Of a stretch of DNA of 38,744 nucleotides, positions 26,187 to 35,528 are shown in pieces. Source of the DNA: an uncultured Campylobacter sp. (lineage in GTDB: Bacteria > Campylobacterota > Campylobacteria > Campylobacterales > Campylobacteraceae); NCBI RefSeq assembly GCF_938018035.1, contig NZ_CALIJF010000150.1, positions 1 through 38,744 on the forward strand, read 5' to 3'. Each line of letters begins with the position of its first letter. Positions within the stretch are counted from its first letter, which is position 1. The notes beneath the pieces were generated by a model. That model did no database searches. It was not told the origin of the DNA and saw only the letters and a list, made by a program, of their open reading frames with translations. The position numbers and the translations under genes are program-made.

Positions 26187-27362
26187 ATGAATATCACGAC
26201 CTTTTCGCCGCCGTTTCGCATCGTAGGCGGCTATTTCATCTGCGGCTTTATCTTTTTGCTGTTAAGCGCGGCGAGCTTTTTAAAGGCCGATTTCGGCGCG
26301 ATCCAAGCGCCGCAGACGGCGAGCTTTTTTCACGTATTTTTGCTGGGATTTGTAATCAGCATAATCATCGGAGCGCTCTATCAGCTCACCTCCGTCATCA
26401 TCCAAAAGGAATTTTTCACCGTCAAATTTGCGTTTTTAAATCTACTCGCCTACGGCGCGAGCGTAGCGCTGCTAAGCGCGGGGTTGCTGCTTTCAAATAT
26501 CGCATTATTGCACGCAGGCGGCGCCGTTTTGCTGCTTAGTCTATTTTATTTTACGATATGCTACGCACTAAGCTTCATCGGCACGCCCAAATGGAGCTTC
26601 CCCGCCGTAGCGCTTGCGATCTCGGCTGCGTTTTTGGCGGTAGGGATCAGCCTTGGCTTTGCGCTCGTGCTAGCGCTTAGCGGCGTGGAGATTTTCGGAG
26701 TGTATTTTTCAGAAATTTTATCCTATCACATATACTTCGTGCTGGGCTTTGTGTTTTTCGTTATCGTAGGTGCCGCGTGCGTGCTGCTGCCGATGTTTAG
26801 CTTGGCGCACGATCTAAGCTTCGCGCTAGCAAAAGCTTCGCTGGCGCTGTATCTGCTAGCGGGGCTGTTTTTACTAAAAGACTTTGGAATTTTTATCGCA
26901 TTTGCCGCGCTTGCGAGCTTTGCGGCTCAGGCGATCTATATCCTAGCCAGGCGCGTGCGAAAAGCGATCGATTATTGGAATTTAAACGTCTATATCTCGC
27001 TGGCGGCTTTGGGATTTAGCGCGGCATTTTGGCTCGCGGATCGCGCGGATACGGCGGCGTTTTGGCTGCTATACGGCTTTTTGTTCGCCTTCATCGTCGC
27101 GCACCTTTATAAAATCGCGCCCTTTCTCATCTGGTACCACTACGTCTCGCCCTTCGTCGGCAAGCGCAAAATCCCTATGCTTGAGGATATGATAATCAAA
27201 AAGATCGCCTACGCAGCCTGCGTGCCGAACGTATTGGCGCTTGCGTGCGCGAGCTTTGGAGCGCTAACGCCTGCGGTGATCTTGCAAGCGGCAAGCATAA
27301 TTTTGGTGCTAATCAACATCGTAAATATCTTTAACTACATCAAATTCGGAGAGGAAAAATGA
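26187..27362 (+). CDS. polytopic membrane protein (about 12 TM) with intramembrane His; NnrS / heme-copper-oxidase-subunit-I-like
   Basis: FHVFLLGF..IIGALYQL, YHIYFVLGF, HLYKIAPFLIWYH; hydrophobic throughout. Confidence 0.6.
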   Translation: MNITTFSPPFRIVGGYFICGFIFLLLSAASFLKADFGAIQAPQTASFFHVFLLGFVISIIIGALYQLTSVIIQKEFFTVKFAFLNLLAYGASVALLSAGLLLSNIALLHAGGAVLLLSLFYFTICYALSFIGTPKWSFPAVALAISAAFLAVGISLGFALVLALSGVEIFGVYFSEILSYHIYFVLGFVFFVIVGAACVLLPMFSLAHDLSFALAKASLALYLLAGLFLLKDFGIFIAFAALASFAAQAIYILARRVRKAIDYWNLNVYISLAALGFSAAFWLADRADTAAFWLLYGFLFAFIVAHLYKIAPFLIWYHYVSPFVGKRKIPMLEDMIIKKIAYAACVPNVLALACASFGALTPAVILQAASIILVLINIVNIFNYIKFGEEK

Positions 27363-27664
27363 AAGTAACGAAGGAGCAAATTTACGACGCGCTTCGCGCC
27401 GTGGTGGACCCTGAGGTGGGCTTTGACGTCGTGTCGCTGGGGCTCATCTACGACGTAGCGGTAGATGAGGCGAACAACGCCAAAGTCACGATGACGCTAT
27501 CGACTCAGTCGTGCCCGCTGCATGAGATGATGGTAGAATGGGTGCGCGCAGGTGCCGAGAGCGTGGAAGGTATCGGCGAGGTGGAGATTGATCTCGTCTT
27601 TGAGCCGATGTGGAATATCGATATGGCGGAGGATCACGTCAAAGAGGCTCTGGGACGGTTTTAG
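27359..27664 (+). CDS. DUF59 / SufT-like metal-sulfur cluster assembly factor
   Basis: VVDPEVGFDVVSLGLIY, TLSTQSCP, LVFEPMW: the DPE...T...CP DUF59 signature. Confidence 0.92.
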   Translation: MKVTKEQIYDALRAVVDPEVGFDVVSLGLIYDVAVDEANNAKVTMTLSTQSCPLHEMMVEWVRAGAESVEGIGEVEIDLVFEPMWNIDMAEDHVKEALGRF

Positions 27665-28396
27665 GGCTCGCGCGAAGGATATTTGCGGATTGCCTAGAAC
27701 GCCACACTCGTCGTCAGGCACTTCTACATATCGCCTCGGTCGTTGCGCGGATTGTCGGGGCGCTTTTCTGCGAATCGCCCGAAGCGCTGCGCGAGATACT
27801 GGAACGCCGCATGAAATCTCTTGGTACTGCACTAAATTCTGAAGCGATGCGTGATTACTGGGATATTGCACGAAATTTCGGAGCGCTGCGCAGATAGCTG
27901 GGCATTCTTGCTCTGGCGCGATTTCTCGTCGCCGTTTTAAATTTGAGCGATTTAAAATTTAACTCAATTAAATTTCGCGCCGCCGTTTGATTATCGCTTA
28001 GTTATAAATTTGCACGATCTAAAATTTGACCGCATAACCGCGATTTGGCGAGCGTCATCAAACGATTTGTGTTTGCAAAATACCGCGCGGCGCAATATTT
28101 TAAATTTAATCGCGCCGCCTGTGCCCCTGCCTGCATCTGGTTAGCTCGCCTGCTCTCCCGTCTGTGCGCTTGCTCGCCGACCCGCTCACCCATCTACTTT
28201 CCTTTTTTCCAAAACGCAAAACGCCGCCGTGCAGGGCGCGAATCGCAGCTTAAATTTAACCGCAAGAGCCGCGAATAGCGCTGCGAAATATTGTAAACCG
28301 CGCAATGAAATTTTAAAAAAGCATGAAATTTAAATCACTTTGTATAAGCGTGTAGCCAGAAAATCTCGCGGCAAGCGGTTAAATTTAAAGCTAAAT

Positions 28397-29839
28397 TTAG
28401 ACGAAATTTACGGCGAAAATTGCGGGCTTTGCGAGCTTTTTAAGGCTTCCTTTAAGCATTATCAAATTATCGGCGCCGGAGATTTTAAGAGTGGAATTTT
28501 CAAAGCTAAATTCTAAATTTTTCAGCGCGTTTTCGCTTAAGAGGCGCGCAAGCTCCAAAATATAGCTGAGCCACGCGAGCTTGCCTGCGTCAGGCAAAAT
28601 CGCGCTCAAAGGCGCGAACGTAGCACCCAGCTCGCGCCTTCCGTGCATCGAGATGATCGCGGCTATGAGCGCCTTTTCTTTATGCGTCGTGCGGTAGTTC
28701 AGCCCGCCGAGCACCATATCCGCGCTGGTTTCGTGCTTGGCATAAAAGCCGATCGCCCGCCCGATCTCGCAAAGCGATGCTGCGGTCTGAAGAATTTTAA
28801 TATATTTTTCGCTCAAGCCGTGTAGAGGCGATAGCGCGCAAAACAGCGCCTTTGCGAACTTCGGAGCCTCGCTGGGCTCGGAAGCGAAGCGATCTTTAAG
28901 GCTTCTTAGGCTCGGATTAAAGCCTCTAGGTAGGTTTGCGCCGCGCAGAATCGAGCTTAAAAACGCCCCCTCGCGCACTCCCACACCGCTGGTGATGATC
29001 TTTTTCGCCCCTAGGCGCCTTACGATCTTATCAAAGATGATGGCGCCCTCTCTTATCGTGTCGTAGCGGTCTTTTTTGATCGGGAATTTCGCCAAATCAA
29101 GCGTCTTTGCACTCATTAGCTTGGCAAAAAACGGCGCGTATTTTTCATAATCGTAGCTAAAATTATGCACGATCTTTAGCGGATGGTTTTGCAGGCTCAT
29201 CACGGCGCCGGAGAGCGCTCGCGCAGAGCCGCCCATTACGATTAAATTTTGCGTGCGAAACTCGGTGCCTACCTGGGATATCGCACTATTTATGTATTTC
29301 TCCAGCCCCTTTGTGTCGCCGCGGTCGAAAAACAGCTCCTTTAACCGCACCGTGCCTAAATTTAGAGAAATTTTATTTTCTATCCTACCGTTTTTTATGT
29401 AAGCAAGCTCGGTCGAGCCGCCGCCAATATCTAGCGTAACACCCTCGGAAAAGTCGCTAAGCAAATTCTGCGCCGCATAGGCGCCCAGATACGCCTCCAT
29501 CTGCCCGTCTATCTTGCGGATCGCAATGCCCGTTTGCTTGCGGATGAGATTTATAAACTCGGCTCCGTTTGGCGCATCGCGAAGCGCGGATGTACCGATG
29601 CAAAGCACGCGTTTGGCCTTGTAATTGCATACGAGGGTTTTAAATTTTTTAAACGCCAGCAGGCATTTTTGCATCGCTTCGGTGGTTAAAATTCCGCCGT
29701 TTTCATAAGCGCCCTCGCCTAGGCGGATCTTGATCTTGTGCTCTGCTAAGATAAAAAATCCGAGCCTACTCGTGCGCTCGAAAATCACGGCTCTGGCGGA
29801 ATTTGAGCCCAGATCTATGACGGCGACGCGCTTGGGCAT
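28397..29839 (-). CDS. ppx: Ppx/GppA exopolyphosphatase
   Basis: AVIDLGSNS, GTSALRDAPN, DIGGGSTE, GVREG. Confidence 0.95.
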   Translation of the reverse strand: MPKRVAVIDLGSNSARAVIFERTSRLGFFILAEHKIKIRLGEGAYENGGILTTEAMQKCLLAFKKFKTLVCNYKAKRVLCIGTSALRDAPNGAEFINLIRKQTGIAIRKIDGQMEAYLGAYAAQNLLSDFSEGVTLDIGGGSTELAYIKNGRIENKISLNLGTVRLKELFFDRGDTKGLEKYINSAISQVGTEFRTQNLIVMGGSARALSGAVMSLQNHPLKIVHNFSYDYEKYAPFFAKLMSAKTLDLAKFPIKKDRYDTIREGAIIFDKIVRRLGAKKIITSGVGVREGAFLSSILRGANLPRGFNPSLRSLKDRFASEPSEAPKFAKALFCALSPLHGLSEKYIKILQTAASLCEIGRAIGFYAKHETSADMVLGGLNYRTTHKEKALIAAIISMHGRRELGATFAPLSAILPDAGKLAWLSYILELARLLSENALKNLEFSFENSTLKISGADNLIMLKGSLKKLAKPAIFAVNFV

Positions 29840-30085
29840 TTAAATTTCCATATGGACGTGTTTGTATTTCAGCTCGTCCGCCGTCTCGATATTATCGGGA
29901 TCGGTGATGATGCACTCGACTGGGCAGACTACGATGCAAGCGGGCTCAGAGTAATCATCTACGCACTCGCAGCATCGATCGGCATCTATGATGTATATCG
30001 GCTCATCCTCAAAAATCGCTTCATTAGGGCATTCCTCGCGGCAAGCGTCGCAACTAATGCATTCTTTTGTAATCAACAATGACAT
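29840..30085 (-). CDS. YfhL-family 2x[4Fe-4S] ferredoxin
   Basis: CISCDACREECP and CCECV...CIVVCPVEC. Confidence 0.93.
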   Translation of the reverse strand: MSLLITKECISCDACREECPNEAIFEDEPIYIIDADRCCECVDDYSEPACIVVCPVECIITDPDNIETADELKYKHVHMEI

Positions 30086-30134
30086 ATAATTTTACCTTAC
30101 GAAAAAATTTATGGCGTTTATACCATAAAAAGCT

Positions 30135-31442
30135 TCATTTTGTTTTAAAATAGCGGAATTTCGGGCTATTTCTTAAATTTTTTAGCGGAAGTTTGAAAAT
30201 CGCGACGATTAGCGAGCGCGCTTCATCGTTTTTAAGATCTACTTGCGCACCCATCGCTTGAGCGGCATTTTTGGCTAAAAATAGCCCGAGCCCGGCTCCG
30301 GGCTTGCCGCCGTAGCGCTTAAAAGGGGCGAAATAATCGATCTCTTCGTTAAGCGGCTCGCCTTTGTTTGCGACCCGCACGATGAAATTTCCATCCGAAA
30401 TTTCGCTCTCGATCAGTACCTTTTCGCCGTCCGGAGAAAATTTTATGGCGTTTTGGATAAAATTTTGAATCACATGCATAAAGAGGCTTTTCTGCACCGA
30501 AATTTCAAGCTGTTCAGGCTTAAGATCCATCGTCAAGTCCTTGCCCGCCGTACGCGCTAAAATTTTAAAGCCTACGCATAGCTCCCGTAGATACGCGATC
30601 ATATCGGTCTGCTCGGGCGCCTCAAACTGCGCCCCCTCCTGTCGCCCGATCTCTAGGATGGAGCTGATCATCTTATTCATATTATCGATCGAGTCGTTGT
30701 TATTTTTAAGCGCCTCGATATATTTCTCTCTCTCTCGCGGCTTGATGAGCGTGACTTCGTTTTTGGTTTTCATCACCGCTAGCGGGGTCTTAAGCTCATG
30801 CGCAATACCGATGAAAAGCTCTTTTTGATATAAAATAAAGGTTTCAATGCGCTCAAGCAGGCGGTTTATGCTGTTTGAAAGCATATTAAATTCGCTCGGG
30901 ATTTCGGCCCCGTCGATCGGCTTTAGAAATTTTTCATCCACCGAAGCAAGCCTTTGACTGATCAGCTTAATCGGCATTAGTAGCATGCGCGAAAGAAACA
31001 TCGCGTAAAACACCACCAAAAATATCATCGTCAAATTTACCAAAATGATGTCGATGAGTATTTGATTTACAATGTTTGCATAGACGCTCACGTCGGCTCG
31101 GATACTTAAAATTTTATCCTTACCATAAGGATAGTGCAGCTGTAAATAGCTCCTGCCGCCCTCGGAGCTTTCGATAAATTTAGGCTTATTGATACTTTCG
31201 TTTTCGATGATTTTGCTTTCGTATTCACCAGATGCGTCTTGTAAAAAAGATGAAATTTTCTCAGGCGGCACGGAGGCGTCTACGATTTTTTGTGCTCTTT
31301 GGATTAAATTTTGAACGGGAGTTTCGAAGATGGTAATTCTCATATAATTATAGAGCATTACCGAAAAAATGACAATTAGCATCAACGAAGCGGATGCTAA
31401 TTGTATTACAAAGCGGACTCTTAGGCTTTTTGTGGAAAGCAA
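30135..31442 (-). CDS. cosS: sensor histidine kinase (CosS-like)
   Basis: Two TM segments, AHELKTPL H-box, NAIKFS N-box, GAGLGL G-box; overlaps the cosR 3' end. Confidence 0.85.
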   Translation of the reverse strand: MLSTKSLRVRFVIQLASASLMLIVIFSVMLYNYMRITIFETPVQNLIQRAQKIVDASVPPEKISSFLQDASGEYESKIIENESINKPKFIESSEGGRSYLQLHYPYGKDKILSIRADVSVYANIVNQILIDIILVNLTMIFLVVFYAMFLSRMLLMPIKLISQRLASVDEKFLKPIDGAEIPSEFNMLSNSINRLLERIETFILYQKELFIGIAHELKTPLAVMKTKNEVTLIKPREREKYIEALKNNNDSIDNMNKMISSILEIGRQEGAQFEAPEQTDMIAYLRELCVGFKILARTAGKDLTMDLKPEQLEISVQKSLFMHVIQNFIQNAIKFSPDGEKVLIESEISDGNFIVRVANKGEPLNEEIDYFAPFKRYGGKPGAGLGLFLAKNAAQAMGAQVDLKNDEARSLIVAIFKLPLKNLRNSPKFRYFKTK

Positions 31443-32092
31443 AATCTATATCCGCGTCTGCGAACGGTCTCGATCGTAGAGATATTTAGAGGCTTATCCA
31501 TTTTCTGGCGAATTTGATTGATCGCGACTTCGATGACGTTTGGCGTAACAAGCTCAGGCTCCTCCCAGATAGCGTCTAGCAGCTGCTCTTTGCTTACGAT
31601 CTGATCGCTATGGCGCGCAAGGTGGGTTAGCACCTCAAATGGCTTGCCCTTAAGCTCGATCTCTTGACCTAGATATGTGATCTTTTCCTCATCCGGATCA
31701 ATGATTAGATCGTCGATCTTGATGATATTTGAGCCACCGAAGCGAAGTCTAGCCTCAAGGCGCGCTACTAAAACATCAAAATCGAAAGGTTTTTTGATAA
31801 AATCGTCCGCGCCCGCGCGAAGTGCTTTGATCTCGCTTTCTTTATCGTCTTTTGCAGATAGCACGACGACGGAGGTGCGCGCGGATTTTTGCTTAACCAA
31901 TGCGATGAGATCGATGCCGTTGCCGTCAGCTAGCATCCAATCGGTTAGCACCAAATCATAATTTCTAATGCCGATATAATACTCTGCGTCCTTAAAACTC
32001 TCGGAAGTATCCGTCTGATAGCCGAACTCCATCAAGCCCTCCGCTATCGTCTTGTTTAAAGTCACCTCGTCCTCGACTATTAAAATTCTCAT
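31421..32092 (-). CDS. cosR: OmpR-family homeostatic response regulator CosR/HsrA
   Basis: YYIGIRNYDLV, LKGKPFEVLTHLARH, WEEPELVTPNVIEVAINQIRQKMDKPL, TVRRRGYRFCFP; conserved synteny with folB, plsY and ppx. Confidence 0.93.
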   Translation of the reverse strand: MRILIVEDEVTLNKTIAEGLMEFGYQTDTSESFKDAEYYIGIRNYDLVLTDWMLADGNGIDLIALVKQKSARTSVVVLSAKDDKESEIKALRAGADDFIKKPFDFDVLVARLEARLRFGGSNIIKIDDLIIDPDEEKITYLGQEIELKGKPFEVLTHLARHSDQIVSKEQLLDAIWEEPELVTPNVIEVAINQIRQKMDKPLNISTIETVRRRGYRFCFPQKA

Positions 32093-32122
32093 TTAATTTC
32101 CTTGCCTTAAAATTTTGCGGCG

Positions 32123-32131
32123 ATTTTAACA
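32123..32131 (-). promoter_or_regulatory. extended -10 promoter for cosR
   Basis: TGTTAAAAT on the minus strand, upstream of an AAGGA RBS. Confidence 0.55.
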
Positions 32132-32168
32132 TATTTTAAGCAAAATTTCAAGATTTTTTAAAGAAATT

Positions 32169-32486
32169 TTAAAATTTTATCTCGATTTCCGCGCCGACAT
32201 TTGCGTCTTGTAAAATTTCGGGCTTTAAAATTTTCATATAAAAATAATCCATCGATCGAAATTTTGAGTGAAACTCCTGCGCGAAGTATTTTAGCGCGTC
32301 CTCTACGAGGCGAAATTTTTTCTCGCGGAACTCCGCTTTGATATATTCGCAAACCCGCGCATAGTCGATAAATTCCTCCGCTCCGAACTTCGCCCACACC
32401 CAGACGCGCTGCTCGCGCTTGCGCTCAAAATCCAGCGTCCCGATTATCGTGCCAAATTCCAGCTTTTCGATTAAAATTTTAATCAT
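32169..32486 (-). CDS. folB: dihydroneopterin aldolase
   Basis: IIG..DFER..EQ, IDY, LVE, KP motifs; position between plsY and cosR. Confidence 0.85.
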   Translation of the reverse strand: MIKILIEKLEFGTIIGTLDFERKREQRVWVWAKFGAEEFIDYARVCEYIKAEFREKKFRLVEDALKYFAQEFHSKFRSMDYFYMKILKPEILQDANVGAEIEIKF

Positions 32487-33139
32487 ACTACGCGCTTTTC
32501 CTCGCCCTTAAGCAGCCTGGCAATATTCGGCGCGTGTTTGTAAAATACGATGAAAACTATCAGAAAGATCGGCGCATGAGTGTTGATCGCGGGCATCTGC
32601 GGATGGATCACGTAGCTTGCTACGACTAGCGCAAGCGCCGCTGCAAGCGAGGCTACGGATGAAATTTTAACCGTCTTGCCGACCACGAACCAAACGGCAA
32701 GCGCAATAACAATCTCGATAGGAATAAAGCAAGCAAGCACGCCGGCTCCCGTCGCAATGCCCTTGCCGCCGTTAAATTTCAGATACGGGCTAAAGCAATG
32801 CCCAAGCACCGCAAAGACAGCCATGCTCCACAGCACGTTTTCATCAAAGCCCAAAGCACGCGCAATCAGTATCGGCAGGACGCCCTTTAGCGCGTCGCAG
32901 GCAACCGTGAGGATCGCGAGCTTTTTTGCTTTTTGCGGATCGCGAGTTTTTAAGACGCGAAGGACGTTGGTGGCGCCTATGGAACCACTGCCCTCGCTTT
33001 TGATATCCACGCCGCCTAGGTATCTGCCGATCAAAAGCCCAAAGGGGATCGCAGCGATCAGATACGCCGCGACGTAGCACCAAAAATTTGGCGCCATAAT
33101 GATGCTAAGTAAAAATTCTAAAATTCCCGATTTTTTCAT
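32483..33139 (-). CDS. plsY: glycerol-3-phosphate 1-O-acyltransferase
   Basis: GSGSIGATNVLR, DALKG, GHCFS, GGKGIAT, KH..NI.RL..GEE. Confidence 0.96.
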   Translation of the reverse strand: MKKSGILEFLLSIIMAPNFWCYVAAYLIAAIPFGLLIGRYLGGVDIKSEGSGSIGATNVLRVLKTRDPQKAKKLAILTVACDALKGVLPILIARALGFDENVLWSMAVFAVLGHCFSPYLKFNGGKGIATGAGVLACFIPIEIVIALAVWFVVGKTVKISSVASLAAALALVVASYVIHPQMPAINTHAPIFLIVFIVFYKHAPNIARLLKGEEKRVV

Positions 33140-33148
33140 AAAATCCCT

Positions 33149-35434
33149 TTAACTCTTCCAAAGTAGCGAAATTTTCTCGTCGTAGATGTCCGTTTTCTTC
33201 GGCGAAATTTCTTTCGTTTCGAGTTTAATATTTTTCAGATCCAGGCTCTGTTTTAGCGCGTCCACTTCGGCCTCAAATTTCTGTGTGAGCACCTCCAGCT
33301 CCTCTTGCAGCGCGCTTAGGCTGTTTTCGGCATTTTTGGCTTCGCTTCGTTCATTTAAAATTTTATGCGCGCTCTTGGCGCCGCTGATCGCTTTAGAGAT
33401 ATTGCTAGCGCTGCGCGAGCGGCCTAAAAACGCGCCTAAGATCGCTCCGCCTATGTTTAGCGCGGCATCCACGCCGCGACTTAGCACGTCGCCTTTTTCC
33501 TTTTCATACTTTTCGCTAGCGCGCAAAATTTTATCCTCAAGGCGCGCCTTTTCTTTCTCAAATTTAGCCGTAATCTCATCAGTTTTAGCCTCTAGAGCTT
33601 CATTTGCCTTATCGCCTAGGCGCACGAAAAACTCCTCCCTGCTCTCGCCCGGTTTTGAGAGCAGATCAAGCGCGCTAAAAAGTTCTAACCTTTCGTTGCG
33701 GTAAAGCCACTCCTTAAAGCTTTTAAGCTGAGCGTTTAAATTTTTTGCTCCCGCGATGAAGCTAGGAAGCGCGCCGTAGAGCGAGCCCGCCTGCTCCTGT
33801 CCGCTTAAATTTGCAACCTCTCGCGTGCTAGCTTCATTCCAATCTATTTCGCCCCCGTCCGAAATCGAAAGCAAAAAGGAGCGCTGCTGCGTAAAATCGA
33901 CTCCCTTGTCGCAAAATCGCATCTTTGCGCTTGCATACAGATACGGGCTTAGCTCAAGGCTCGCGCCGTAGCTGTAAAGCTGCGAAATTTCAGCAGAAAC
34001 TACGGGCTTGGCGGCGCCGGCGGATTTAACGCCTTGCGCGGCGCCGGACGAAATTTCAGCCTTTTTGTCTTTCATTAAATTTGAAATTTGTTCGTTGCTT
34101 AAAGGACCCTTTAGATAGCTTAGCGCAAAGCGCGTCTCGATTACCCGCAGCACGTCCTCGTTGATGTTTTTTACCAAAAAATTTCGCTTTTTAAGGTTTG
34201 AAATTTTTTCCATAAGCACGCTTTTGTCGATCGGATTTGAGCCGATACCGCTTAAGCCGCTGATGACGCGCTCTTTATCCTGCGCGGTCTGCAAGCGCCC
34301 GATAAACCACGTACCGATGTTGCTAAGCCCCTTGTAATCGAGATCGACCGGGTTTTGCGTCGATAATACGCAGCCAAGACCGAATGCGCGAGCCTGCTTT
34401 AGCAGCGTAAGCATCGGGGTTTTGCTCGGCGGATTGCCGTTTGGCGGGAAGAAGCCGTAAATTTCATCCATATAAAGCACTGCGCGCAAGGAACTCGTGC
34501 CGCTGGTGGTGCGCATCCATTTGATCATCTCGCCCAAAAGTAGCGTGACGAAAAACATCCTCTCATCGTCGTTTAGATGCGCGATGGAAAATATATTCGC
34601 CCTTGCTTTACCGTTTTCATCAAAGAGCATCTTGGCGATATTTAGCCGCTCGCCCTCACACCAAAGCTTAAAACTCGGGCTTGCGATGAGTGCGTTAATC
34701 TTCATCGCAAGCGCCATTCGCTTATCGCTCGGAAAGAAGGTATTAACGTCGAAAACGCCAATTTTATCGAAAGGCGGATTGCCGATCTGCGCGATGAGAT
34801 CCACCACGCTCACCCCCTCGCCTTTGTTAAAATGATAGGTTAAAATTTGGCTGATTAGTAAAAATTCCGGCGAGCTGAGATTATCGCTGCTAATCCCTGC
34901 GAGGCTTAGCACGCTAGTAGCGATACCGCCGACGTAGTTATTCAAATCCTCTTCGTTTAAGCCCTTCGGCGCTTCAAAGTCGCTTAGCAGGCTGATCCCA
35001 AGCCCTGCGCTTGATTTGGGCGTATAAATTCTAAAATCGGCGCTGTTTTTCAAAAGCTGTACTCGCGCCAGGTCTTGATATGAGCCCTCGATCCCTTCGC
35101 GCCAGGTATTTGCGGTCTGCTCGGCGAACTCGCGCACGCTAAGGCCTTTGTTTTGCGCCTCTGCCTCGTCGATATAGGGCTCAAAATCCTCAGCCCTCAT
35201 CTGCGGAAAGGTAAGAGCCAAATTCGTTAAATCGCCCTTTGGATCGATGATGATGGATGGGATATTATCGATCGCGGCTTCCTCTAGCAGCGTGATGCCA
35301 AGTCCCGTTTTACCGCTGCCGGTCATTCCGATGATAAGCGCGTGGGTCGTCAGATCCTTGTTTTTATACAAAAACGGCTCGCCGTTTTCAAGCCCCAGAT
35401 AAAAAAGCTTTAAATTTTCTTGAAGCGTTTTCAT
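33149..35434 (-). CDS. HerA/FtsK-superfamily (DUF87/DUF853-like) ATPase with C-terminal coiled coil
   Basis: THALIIGMTGSGKT (Walker A), IDPKGD, VLYMDE (Walker B), QARAFG, STQNP; extended -10 TGATATAAT at 35465-35473 on the minus strand. Confidence 0.85.
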   Translation of the reverse strand: MKTLQENLKLFYLGLENGEPFLYKNKDLTTHALIIGMTGSGKTGLGITLLEEAAIDNIPSIIIDPKGDLTNLALTFPQMRAEDFEPYIDEAEAQNKGLSVREFAEQTANTWREGIEGSYQDLARVQLLKNSADFRIYTPKSSAGLGISLLSDFEAPKGLNEEDLNNYVGGIATSVLSLAGISSDNLSSPEFLLISQILTYHFNKGEGVSVVDLIAQIGNPPFDKIGVFDVNTFFPSDKRMALAMKINALIASPSFKLWCEGERLNIAKMLFDENGKARANIFSIAHLNDDERMFFVTLLLGEMIKWMRTTSGTSSLRAVLYMDEIYGFFPPNGNPPSKTPMLTLLKQARAFGLGCVLSTQNPVDLDYKGLSNIGTWFIGRLQTAQDKERVISGLSGIGSNPIDKSVLMEKISNLKKRNFLVKNINEDVLRVIETRFALSYLKGPLSNEQISNLMKDKKAEISSGAAQGVKSAGAAKPVVSAEISQLYSYGASLELSPYLYASAKMRFCDKGVDFTQQRSFLLSISDGGEIDWNEASTREVANLSGQEQAGSLYGALPSFIAGAKNLNAQLKSFKEWLYRNERLELFSALDLLSKPGESREEFFVRLGDKANEALEAKTDEITAKFEKEKARLEDKILRASEKYEKEKGDVLSRGVDAALNIGGAILGAFLGRSRSASNISKAISGAKSAHKILNERSEAKNAENSLSALQEELEVLTQKFEAEVDALKQSLDLKNIKLETKEISPKKTDIYDEKISLLWKS

Positions 35435-35464
35435 TGCGTTCCTTAAATTTGCAATTTGCTCGGC

Positions 35465-35504
35465 ATTATATCATTTAAATTTTTAAATTTAAATTTGCTA
35501 AAAT
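35465..35504. promoter_or_regulatory. back-to-back extended -10 promoters
   Basis: TGATATAAT on the minus strand (35465-35473) and TGCTAAAAT on the plus strand (35496-35504), separated by a nearly pure A/T spacer. Confidence 0.65.
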
Positions 35505-35528
35505 GTGCGAAAAATCAAGGAATGGCAA

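Noticed and set aside
27770..27905. Possible CRISPR array
   Set aside because: Repeats are degenerate and irregularly spaced, the intervening sequences resemble each other, and no cas genes are present.
27497..28278. Several short ORFs after the DUF59 gene
   Set aside because: They overlap real genes or repeat-rich spacer DNA, with no RBS or motif support.
30725..30736. (TC)6 tract in cosS as a phase-variation site
   Set aside because: Short and in frame (encodes part of REREK); Campylobacter contingency loci are typically longer poly-G tracts, and I saw none in the window.
33149..35434. Anti-phage HerA system or conjugative coupling protein
   Set aside because: No partner nuclease, Sir2, relaxase or T4SS genes; it is embedded among housekeeping genes.
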